A stretch of 20,000 nucleotides of DNA from an uncultured virus (IMG/VR IMGVR_UViG_3300028832_000125) (Duplodnaviria > Heunggongvirae > Uroviricota > Caudoviricetes): IMG/VR virus record IMGVR_UViG_3300028832_000125; one strand, given 5' to 3'. A program made the position numbers and the translations under genes. The notes beneath the pieces were generated by a model. The model was not told the origin of the DNA. It did not search any database and saw only the letters and a list, made by a program, of their open reading frames with translations. Below, one piece after another: positions 9,801-16,456 of this stretch (its first letter is position 1; each line of letters opens with the position of its first letter).

Positions 9801-12800
9801 GCCCTGGCAAGATGGATAAGCCCACTTGGGGCTACAGTAAGAACGCCTCGAAGATTACGGACTCATCCAACGCGCACTACCGCCCGGACGGTCATGACTA
9901 CTTCGCCATGTTTGAAGGTGCCAACAATAACACCATCCTTGGTGATATGGTCGCACCGTGGGATGACACCACCCACAACGGGCAGGAGGCGAAGGTGTAC
10001 TACGACCCAGACGCTGAGGCTTTCATGTACCGTAAGACAACCACCAGAGAAGAGGTTGTTGACGGGCAGACTACCATTGTCGAGACCGTCACCAGTGAGA
10101 AGTGTATCGACTTTGACGGTGGCCCGACAGACAAGGTGACTGTTGGCGGTGAGGAACTGGAATACCCGAAGGAGCGCGTCACGGCAATCTTCCGTAATGC
10201 GGTCAATTTCCTGTATCTCCATAACCCGCGTGTGAACATCTACCGTGGCACGTTCGCGCAGTTGCAGCAGGAGTCCATGACTGAATATCAGTTGAAGGAA
10301 AAGTGGTGGTGTCGCTCCAATGCAGGTACTGACACTGATGACTACCTGTTGAAGCGGTGGGACTTCTACGAGCGCAGATGGGTGGACGCTGGCCTCTGGA
10401 ACGCCACCATCCTTGCCTATGACAAGGTGGACATCCGTAACTATACTGGAATGAACTGGAGTTCGATGACTGCAGCAGAGCAGGCAGACCATACGGCGGT
10501 GAACGCCAAGTTTATCTCATGTGTGGTCGCTGATGCCAAGGCTCATATCGGCGAGTACTTCAAGGAGTCATCGTTGAAGTTCCACTACTGCTTTGAAAAC
10601 CACTTCATCGCAGGAACCGATAACTGTTCAAAGAACACGTACTATGTCATCGACCCTGTTACGAAACTTATAGAGTTGCATCAAGATGACGTTGACACCA
10701 CTCTGGCCACCGATAACAACGGATTCCAGAGCAAGCCGTACTACGTTGACCGTATGCACCCGTGGGCTGACAGTGACCCCGGCCACCTCGATTGTTGCTA
10801 TGAGGGCCGTCAGAACACGCTGTTTAACCTCTGCGAGGAAATGTGGGAAGGTACGCATGAACTGAGTGCGGCCTTGAACAGCATCCTGTCGCTGATGGCT
10901 CAACTCTCTGGAGGCATCGGCTCCGCAGAGAGTGACAATATGAGTGGCGTATGGAAGGCACTGAACCGTTACATCTTCGACATTCAGCGTTACTTCCCGC
11001 AGGTGGCCTTCAATGAGGCAGCGAGAATCAGATATGAGTTCCCCGCCATGTTGGGCTTCCTTGGACGTGATGTCATCGACCCGCTCACCCAGTCCATGGG
11101 TGACCAGTTGGAGTCGGAGTTGCAGTTCATGAACAGAAGACTTGTCTATATGGCCTCGTATGCCGTATTCGGTGAGTTCCTGCCCTCTCAGTCTGGAGCC
11201 AGAAACGGCCTTACTGGACTTGATGACGCAAGCGCATCGATGGCCTTCAACGCCAAGGCCCTGCCAGACGGCGTGACAACTCCGACATACACGTTCCATG
11301 TCAAGCCTCATCAGTACATCTACCCGTGCTTCGGCTTCCAGACTGATTCCAAGCCGTCCTACACCAGAGTAGCGCCGGGACAGGTGTTCGAATTTACCGT
11401 GCCTGGTGTTGTCATCAGTGATAACGGCGTTTCTCTCTTCGGACTGAACTACTACCGTTCCGTAGGAAACATCGGCGATATGTCGTGTGACCCCAATATC
11501 GCTTTCTCCCTTGATGGCAGACGATTGACGGAGTTGGTGGCAGAGCCTACCACGTACTATCCAACCCCAGAGACCCTTGCGGGCAACCCGTCCGCAACAC
11601 CTGTCAGCGTACCCACTGCGGGCTATCAGCCTGCCTTCCGTCCGGCATCCTTCCGTATTTCTACGGGTACGAGACTGAGAAAGCTGTCACTGAAAGGCTG
11701 TTCCACATTGTCGAGTAGTGAACGTGCGCCTCTGAACCTGTCACCGCTGACGTTGTGCCAGGAGATAGACCTGCGTGACACGAAGATAGCAGCCGTGAAC
11801 GTTCCTCAGACCGCCTCGATGGAAACGCTGAGGCTTCCCGCCACGATGACCTCATTATCGCTGACGGCACAGCAGAACCTCGACACCCTCACCATGCAGG
11901 GCGGCTTGCTCCTTACGTCCCTGGTCATCACTGGCTGTCCGTCACTGTCAACGCAGGCCCTCATCCGCTCCATCTTCGATGAGAGAGAGACGGCGGGCAC
12001 TATCACGCCTCTGGACGTGCTGAGGCTGCATGATGTCAACTGGAATGAACTGAAAGCCGATGTGCTCATGTGGATGGCCAACGCCACCGTTGCGGAGATA
12101 TTCGGTAAGGTCATCATGCTCCGTGCAAGCAATGACCGTTGGCTGTCATTCTCAGAGGTCATCCAACTGATAAGGAAGTTCGGCGATATTCAGACTGTCC
12201 CCTCTGGGAACACAGTACCGTCCGACAGATTCTATATTGACTACCAGAAGCGTGACGTGAACGGCATCCTCATCAAGGGTGAGAAGTACGTCTATACCCT
12301 CGGTCAGCATGATATTTGGGAGGCAGCGGCCACAAACAATGTCGGTAACAATATCGCAGTGGTCAATGGCCGTGAGGCTGTCACTTGGGAACTGGTGACG
12401 GCAGGGGCATCGCAGTATGCTCAGATTGTCGATAACGTGAAGGGTACGGTGAATATCACGAACACCTATGCCTATAACGAGTACATGACATTCATCCTGC
12501 GTCTCACCGTCCTGCTGTTGGATGGCACCTCTCTGACCTATGACAAAAAGGTAGGCTTCCACAGGCGATTCCCGAAAATCAATGACTTCGCCTACGGTGA
12601 CGGCTCGTTTGATGATGAGTACGACCCCTCGAAGGAACTGGTGGGTGCCGTGGTGAAGGTTGACAAACTATCCGACTCACAGTACAAGTTCTGGGTGTAT
12701 GCAAAGGAGAATGCGCAGTTGAAGAGCGATGATAGCACCTACAACACCGCCTCTCACGTCTGGGGTATCTATCCAGATGAGGCAGGCAGCAACGGATTCC

Positions 12801-13594
12801 CCGCCTCCGTGTACAACCAGATACGTGATGATGCGGGCCTCTCCAATGCGGTTGATACGGCCATGGCCAATATCGGCAGTCGTGGCATGAGTACGGCCTA
12901 TATCCCCACTGGCGGGTTCTGGGATGCCAACGAGCCTGACGGATTCAAGAAATTCGCGGCTAATCTGGCTGAAAGTGACTTCGCCACTGAGGAAAAGAAC
13001 CAGATTGTCATCAATCATGCCAAGGCCATCATTAACGGCCACCTCGGAGAGTCGTACCCGACCACTCCGGCAGAACTGGCAAACGCCATGCAGGCCCTCG
13101 TAGCAGCCATGACGGCGCAGGGTGTGACCTCACCTGCCAGATACAGGCAGTTGTACTATCCCGCCGCCTTCGCCTGTCATGTCTATCAGCCATCCGTTGA
13201 CGGTCAACTGAATGAACAGTACGCCCGTACCAAATGGATGCTTCCTTCGGAAGGTCTGCTGTGTAGGATATACGCCTTCTTCTACAACAGTTGCGGGCGT
13301 GTGACGTATGCAAATGGTGGTAGGTGTGTTGCATCAAACGCCAATGAGAACCCAGACAGCGAGGCACTGCTTCCGTTGTTCGCCAACCTCTTGAAGCGTA
13401 TTGATGATGCAGGGGTAACGACCACTCCGTTCACTATCCCGTCTAATAGCAACTACTGGTCAGTTACTGAGTACAGCAGCATCAACGCGTGGGGCGTGAG
13501 CTTCAATGATGGTGGCGTCAGCACCTACTCCATCAGCGGCAAGTCCAACTGTAACGTTGTTCGGCCAGTGGCAGCATTTACCTACAACCTTTAA
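6848..13594 (+). CDS. DGR target: 2248-aa putative receptor-binding/structural protein (Ig-like, LamG-like, CotH-kinase-like, LRR, C-terminal CLec-type variable domain)
   Basis: The 3' end contains the VR matching the TR. C-terminal YWSVTEY....AW.V.F..G...NVVRPVAAF is typical of C-type-lectin-fold DGR targets. LamG-like VRVFING..IFIG.DGADIDIYGIRVW at ~8250-9000. LRR-like LRKLSLKGC / IDLRDTKI / LRLPATMTSLSL at ~11670-12060. Confidence 0.9.
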   Translation: MADIINLQEAWEGHSGSEVETFIKKELKGRAGAVRWVQNSTYYSIQGFASAADKAAYISDPVGNANLLLFEEELPISTTQSDSYIARLYCDRDTSKSFAVKDGDTFSVGLRFSAIHVIAATSEQEKMDGNGTLIIERSTDGSTWTRVASQAIASVDIDTEGYPATVEIGRYLLTGRQNHIRLRATFGYTDAGGNDATMASGNIILSIASVSLAVTLQTNWAQPVQASQLTALPLQFMVEGSVRKYLHVQVSGIDGYSGHDSVEEYSAAQEGSMTVLCQDGAGTKGILRTGVHTVRAWLTADDGDGGTITSDVISHQLMMVNTNQPSTLMQPRLLIQSVASSIDNFVQGRVCKYAVYSPKLVDGSYTNQGDPVTFSLLLTDRSDDILAGNHVVYFDQEVTASPGQQYDLLATLEIEQNAGEVAAESFDTFLHATRMVGSTLTDFLLSSYGTGYMYVSVDNTGGFQPTAGSVFLLNPKTRNNSEANPRRILNGRNNNAEVESVWSEGFKMDGSDGWTVDDDGNKVLRIPAGCLLNIRYNPFAQFLNSPDSTLTIDLDFCVRNVVNEDDPIIRLCETLDAERGTFMGLRMRPMVGTMASALSEGVETETDFRWGEDRRTHISINIVPNVAPNTYGDGLVVAADQSRARGTLNLVRVFINGVINRELRFSTEAGAREFCTAALSNGGIFIGQDGADIDIYGIRVWDSTASAITPKDAIQNYISTLPTSEEKVRVKEKNAITKTNGLISLEACRDKGLRNMVWHGVEPFIKETSGSRGWIEMRCYDNNGNYLPECSGTICKESKSLKPKRQGTTANTYYYSNLQFKLSDVTDTIQVAVADFHSSIVISAPFESEGNTYVSIYGGNLGKDFPVGNATKDYPYADGYVTVPDGWIDGNGKYRGMGYMIAPNQPLAQKLVLKINYASSMQSHLIGINWLYHELHTRFCGQNSLQRDTPTALVAKHTEPLLFFTAGVNEEDPAAAVYRGPGAFGPGKMDKPTWGYSKNASKITDSSNAHYRPDGHDYFAMFEGANNNTILGDMVAPWDDTTHNGQEAKVYYDPDAEAFMYRKTTTREEVVDGQTTIVETVTSEKCIDFDGGPTDKVTVGGEELEYPKERVTAIFRNAVNFLYLHNPRVNIYRGTFAQLQQESMTEYQLKEKWWCRSNAGTDTDDYLLKRWDFYERRWVDAGLWNATILAYDKVDIRNYTGMNWSSMTAAEQADHTAVNAKFISCVVADAKAHIGEYFKESSLKFHYCFENHFIAGTDNCSKNTYYVIDPVTKLIELHQDDVDTTLATDNNGFQSKPYYVDRMHPWADSDPGHLDCCYEGRQNTLFNLCEEMWEGTHELSAALNSILSLMAQLSGGIGSAESDNMSGVWKALNRYIFDIQRYFPQVAFNEAARIRYEFPAMLGFLGRDVIDPLTQSMGDQLESELQFMNRRLVYMASYAVFGEFLPSQSGARNGLTGLDDASASMAFNAKALPDGVTTPTYTFHVKPHQYIYPCFGFQTDSKPSYTRVAPGQVFEFTVPGVVISDNGVSLFGLNYYRSVGNIGDMSCDPNIAFSLDGRRLTELVAEPTTYYPTPETLAGNPSATPVSVPTAGYQPAFRPASFRISTGTRLRKLSLKGCSTLSSSERAPLNLSPLTLCQEIDLRDTKIAAVNVPQTASMETLRLPATMTSLSLTAQQNLDTLTMQGGLLLTSLVITGCPSLSTQALIRSIFDERETAGTITPLDVLRLHDVNWNELKADVLMWMANATVAEIFGKVIMLRASNDRWLSFSEVIQLIRKFGDIQTVPSGNTVPSDRFYIDYQKRDVNGILIKGEKYVYTLGQHDIWEAAATNNVGNNIAVVNGREAVTWELVTAGASQYAQIVDNVKGTVNITNTYAYNEYMTFILRLTVLLLDGTSLTYDKKVGFHRRFPKINDFAYGDGSFDDEYDPSKELVGAVVKVDKLSDSQYKFWVYAKENAQLKSDDSTYNTASHVWGIYPDEAGSNGFPASVYNQIRDDAGLSNAVDTAMANIGSRGMSTAYIPTGGFWDANEPDGFKKFAANLAESDFATEEKNQIVINHAKAIINGHLGESYPTTPAELANAMQALVAAMTAQGVTSPARYRQLYYPAAFACHVYQPSVDGQLNEQYARTKWMLPSEGLLCRIYAFFYNSCGRVTYANGGRCVASNANENPDSEALLPLFANLLKRIDDAGVTTTPFTIPSNSNYWSVTEYSSINAWGVSFNDGGVSTYSISGKSNCNVVRPVAAFTYNL
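13446..13579 (+). repeat. DGR variable region (VR)
   Basis: Aligns to 14233-14357. Outside the AAC tract there are 11 substitutions, all at TR adenines (6 A>G, 4 A>T, 1 A>C), with no non-A mismatch. There are 9 extra nt at the AAC tract. Confidence 0.97.
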
Positions 13595-13600
13595 CCTAAA

Positions 13601-13626
13601 GGGTGGCGTGTTCCAACACGCCGCCC
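13601..13626 (+). promoter_or_regulatory. GC-rich hairpin/cruciform downstream of VR (probable DGR target-recognition element)
   Basis: GGGTGGCGTGT-TCCA-ACACGCCGCCC: 11-12 bp stem with one T:G pair, starting 7 nt after the target stop codon. Same relative position as the homing hairpin of the Bordetella phage BPP-1 DGR. Confidence 0.8.
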
Positions 13627-13660
13627 ATCCTCTGAACCAGAAATAAGACAAGTGGAAAAG

Positions 13661-14110
13661 ATGCAAGAGACAGAAAGTTCACGGGGTGTTGTGATTCCCG
13701 ACTCCGTTGTTGAGAGTAGCAACACCAAGAAAAGGTCTGCAAAGAAGACGTTGGCTCAACTTCCAGTTTACAGGGCAACGGCCAACTTGAAATACATCGT
13801 GACCGCTCTGATTGTGAAGAGTCCGAATAAACTGAGGAAATTCTTCGACCAGATGTTGGTCAACGTGTCGGAGGTTGCAAAGGCCATCGGCATGGCTGAT
13901 ATTTCAAGGAGTCCGGCAGACAGGGTGTGGTACATCGAGACCGCCCTTGTGCTCGTAAACGAAGTGAGAAATGATTTCACCATCCTGCGGAAACTGGAGG
14001 TCATTGTTGACAAAGACCTCGACAACAAGGCAAAGGCAATGGTGAAGAGTGTGATTGCGCAGCTTGTGGCGTGGCGCGATTACACCTGTGGCGAGGGTGC
14101 CAAATCGTAA
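13661..14110 (+). CDS. avd: DGR accessory protein, Avd-like four-helix bundle
   Basis: Lies between VR and TR/RT; ~150 aa, helical; AQLPVYRA..L near the N-terminus and a C-terminal QLVAW helix resemble Avd/four-helix-bundle proteins. Alternative GTG start at 13652. Confidence 0.8.
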   Translation: MQETESSRGVVIPDSVVESSNTKKRSAKKTLAQLPVYRATANLKYIVTALIVKSPNKLRKFFDQMLVNVSEVAKAIGMADISRSPADRVWYIETALVLVNEVRNDFTILRKLEVIVDKDLDNKAKAMVKSVIAQLVAWRDYTCGEGAKS

Positions 14111-14135
14111 ATCCGATTCTTCGAGAAAAAGAGAT

Positions 14136-15650
14136 ATGACAGGCAGAGTGTTACATAATCCGTTAAATGGGCGATTTACTGCGGTGGATATTATGGTTCA
14201 TCGCAGTTACGATGATGCAAAATCGCAGACAGATAGCAACTACTGGTCAGTTACTGAGAACAACAGCAACAACGCGTGGAACGTGAACTTCAATGATGGT
14301 AACGTCAACAACAACAACAAGTACAACAGTAACGTTGTTCGGCCAGTGGCAGCATATGACGGTTTATTCAACATCTTCTATGAGTCCGTGGAATATGCGT
14401 ATCATGATTGTCTGAGAGGCAAGATGTCTTCAACACAGGCAATGGAGTATATGCAGATTGCATGGGCTGACCTTCCATGTCTTGCATGGGAGTTGTGGAC
14501 TGGCATATACAGGCCCACGACCTCCACTTGTTTTCTGGTCAGATACCCTAAACTCAGAGAGGTGTTCGCGGCTAACTTCCGTGACCGTATCGTTCATCAC
14601 TGGGTATGCCTCAGACTGGAGCCGTTGTTTGAAGAGCGGTTCATCGCACAGGGTAACGTGTCATTCAACTGCCGCAAGGGGTTCGGTACGCAGAAATGCG
14701 TGGAGCACTGCGCGGAAGGCATGGAGAGGGTGTCCGGCCACTACAGAATACCCGCATGGGTGTTCAAGGGTGACTTGACTGGATTCTTCATGTCGATAGA
14801 CAAGGCCCTGCTGTGGTATCTTCTGGAGAGATTCATCACCAGATGGCGCAAGAGGTACGAGCGAGAGGGATGGGCGAGGATAGGCAGTGACATCCTTGAC
14901 CGCCTCGGTCTGGACGCGATGCCCGAAATGTACTGGGACATACTACTGAGGACAACGCAGGTCATCGTCATGCACCATCCAGAGAAAGACTGCGTGCTCA
15001 ATTCGTCTGCTTCCCTCTGGGGCGGGCTTGCACCCAATAAGTCTCTTTTCGGGTGCGGTGAGGAAAAGGGAGAGCCGATAGGCAACCTCACAACGCAGTT
15101 GTTCGCCAATTTCCTCATGTCATACTTTGACCAGTACGTTCTCTACCTGTTCAGAAGACAGAACTACTCATACGAGAGGTTCGTTGATGACTTCGACAAT
15201 ATCTGCGATGATATGCAGTTCCTGTTGTCGGCCATTCCTAAGATGGAGGCGTTCCTTCGTGAGAAGTTGAAACTGACGCTCCATAAGGATAAGCGTTACC
15301 TGCAACAGGTGACGCACGGCCTCATGCTCGTTGGGACTTACATCAAACCCGGCAGGCTGTACCTGTCTAACAGGACGCTTGCGAGGTTCGCCGAGCGTGC
15401 AGAGGGATTCAGAAAACTCATGGAGTGCAAGGATGAGTTGACCATACTCGACTGCAAGCGCATCGAGCAGGTCATCAACTCCTATCTGGGATTCTGCAAG
15501 GGCAAGAGGACGTACAAAAGGAGAAAGGAGATACTGGACTCGATGGGGCCGCTTTTCTTCAAGTATTTCTACATCAAGGGGCACTATGACAGTATTAGGG
15601 CAAAGAATAAGTACAGGGAGTTGATTCTTCCGTTTAATATCAATCAATAA
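14136..15650 (+). CDS. DGR reverse transcriptase
   Basis: RT motifs: PKLREVFAANFRDRIVHH, NCRKGFGT, KGDLTGFFMSID, GEPIGNLTTQLFAN, YERFVDDF, LTLHKDK, LVGTYIKP. Adjacent to TR and avd. First ATG after the avd stop is 14136; the exact start is uncertain. Confidence 0.95.
   Translation: MTGRVLHNPLNGRFTAVDIMVHRSYDDAKSQTDSNYWSVTENNSNNAWNVNFNDGNVNNNNKYNSNVVRPVAAYDGLFNIFYESVEYAYHDCLRGKMSSTQAMEYMQIAWADLPCLAWELWTGIYRPTTSTCFLVRYPKLREVFAANFRDRIVHHWVCLRLEPLFEERFIAQGNVSFNCRKGFGTQKCVEHCAEGMERVSGHYRIPAWVFKGDLTGFFMSIDKALLWYLLERFITRWRKRYEREGWARIGSDILDRLGLDAMPEMYWDILLRTTQVIVMHHPEKDCVLNSSASLWGGLAPNKSLFGCGEEKGEPIGNLTTQLFANFLMSYFDQYVLYLFRRQNYSYERFVDDFDNICDDMQFLLSAIPKMEAFLREKLKLTLHKDKRYLQQVTHGLMLVGTYIKPGRLYLSNRTLARFAERAEGFRKLMECKDELTILDCKRIEQVINSYLGFCKGKRTYKRRKEILDSMGPLFFKYFYIKGHYDSIRAKNKYRELILPFNINQ
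14233..14357 (+). ncRNA. DGR template region (TR), overlapping the RT reading frame
   Basis: 125 nt, 46 adenines and 14 AAC codons by manual count. Identical to the VR at all aligned non-A positions. Confidence 0.95.
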
Positions 15651-15662
15651 AAATTTAAGATT

Positions 15663-16010
15663 ATGAGGTATTCAGAAATCCCGCCGTTCGTTACGGTAAG
15701 TAAGGCAGGCAACCTCTTCCACTACACGGTGAACTACCTGGTGGAGCAGGTTGATGAAGAGTATGAGGTCGGCAGTGTCACCATTGCCATTGACCACAAT
15801 CTGTGTGATGATGACTACGGCCCTCTGGTGTCTGCCATCATCCATGACAGGTATTCGCCGGACGATATTGAGGCTATACACCTCAACTACACCGCGAGTA
15901 AGACAACTGAGCACAAGAATGAGTTTGCGGCCTTGAACCAGTGGAGGGCTACCGCCAAGGAAAAGGCCAGGGAGGCTATCGGGTATGTCGCAGGTCTTAA
16001 CGCAGAGTGA
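15663..16010 (+). CDS. Phage hypothetical protein, possibly tail-fibre assembly/chaperone-like
   Basis: AT-rich leader. LVSAIIHDRYSPDDIEAI...EFAALNQWRATAKEKA resembles small helical proteins that follow tail-fibre genes. Function is inferred from position only. Confidence 0.65.
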   Translation: MRYSEIPPFVTVSKAGNLFHYTVNYLVEQVDEEYEVGSVTIAIDHNLCDDDYGPLVSAIIHDRYSPDDIEAIHLNYTASKTTEHKNEFAALNQWRATAKEKAREAIGYVAGLNAE

Positions 16011-16248
16011 GTTTAAGTATGCAGAAGAAAATCCAGACGGTTCGTGGCTGATACGGTACGGTGTCGTACCTGTCGGCCACACCTTCGGAGGCGAGAAGAT
16101 AGTCACGTTCGGCTCATCCCTGTTCCCAGAGAGGCCCACGCTGCAGCAGGTGTTGAAGAGCCTGCTGAGATATGTCGAGGCGTTCCCAGATGACGAAGCA
16201 GTAGCAAAGTCGATAATGAACACCAGACTAAAGGAGTATTTCTACTGA
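15985..16248 (+). CDS. Phage hypothetical protein (87 aa)
   Basis: Overlaps the preceding gene by 26 nt and ends just before the AT-rich intergenic region. Confidence 0.55.
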   Translation: MSQVLTQSEFKYAEENPDGSWLIRYGVVPVGHTFGGEKIVTFGSSLFPERPTLQQVLKSLLRYVEAFPDDEAVAKSIMNTRLKEYFY

Positions 16249-16284
16249 GAAAGACCTTTTTTCTGATATTTATAGTTAAAGTTA

Positions 16285-16314
16285 TTTGTTATTCAAATAA
16301 ATTGTGTACCTTTG
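16285..16314 (+). promoter_or_regulatory. Bacteroidetes primary-sigma-type promoter upstream of the lysis cassette
   Basis: TTTG (16285-16288), 18 nt, then TACCTTTG (16307-16314). Close to the TTTG/TAnnTTTG (-33/-7) consensus, with slightly short spacing, in an AT-rich gap. Confidence 0.65.
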
Positions 16315-16456
16315 CATCAAGATTAGGTAGTCATGGAGTCTGGCTGATTCATGGTGCCTCTTCGATGTGCTGTGCAAGTGCCGTCCCTTTTCTGGCTGTG
16401 GGTGATGGTTGTGGGCATAGCGAGTTTTGACCATCTAAAAAAAGTTACAGAATGAA

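Larger units (their letters stand above)
13446..15650 (+). mobile_element. Diversity-generating retroelement cassette (VR-hairpin-avd-TR-RT)
   Basis: All canonical components are present, on one strand, with open frames. Confidence 0.96.

Noticed and set aside
6818..13367. Numerous minus-strand and alternate-frame ORFs within the giant gene (e.g. 7937-8698, 9863-10492, 10628-11311)
   Set aside because: Shadow ORFs of a long coding strand with no recognisable motifs. The same applies to those inside the first tail gene, RT, lysis genes and integrase.
13601..13626. Hairpin as an intrinsic terminator
   Set aside because: No U-tract follows on the plus strand, and its position right after the VR fits a DGR homing element better.
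14055..14135. ORF-track RT start at 14055
   Set aside because: Non-ATG start overlapping the avd 3' end; ATG 14136 after the avd stop is more plausible.
14259..14335. AAC-rich low-complexity tract as a simple microsatellite or CRISPR-like repeat
   Set aside because: Fully explained as the DGR template region; there is no repeat-spacer periodicity and no cas gene.
14136..15650. RT as a group II intron, retron or Abi-type RT
   Set aside because: The adjacent TR/VR pair with A-only mismatches and the Avd-like gene identify it as a DGR RT.
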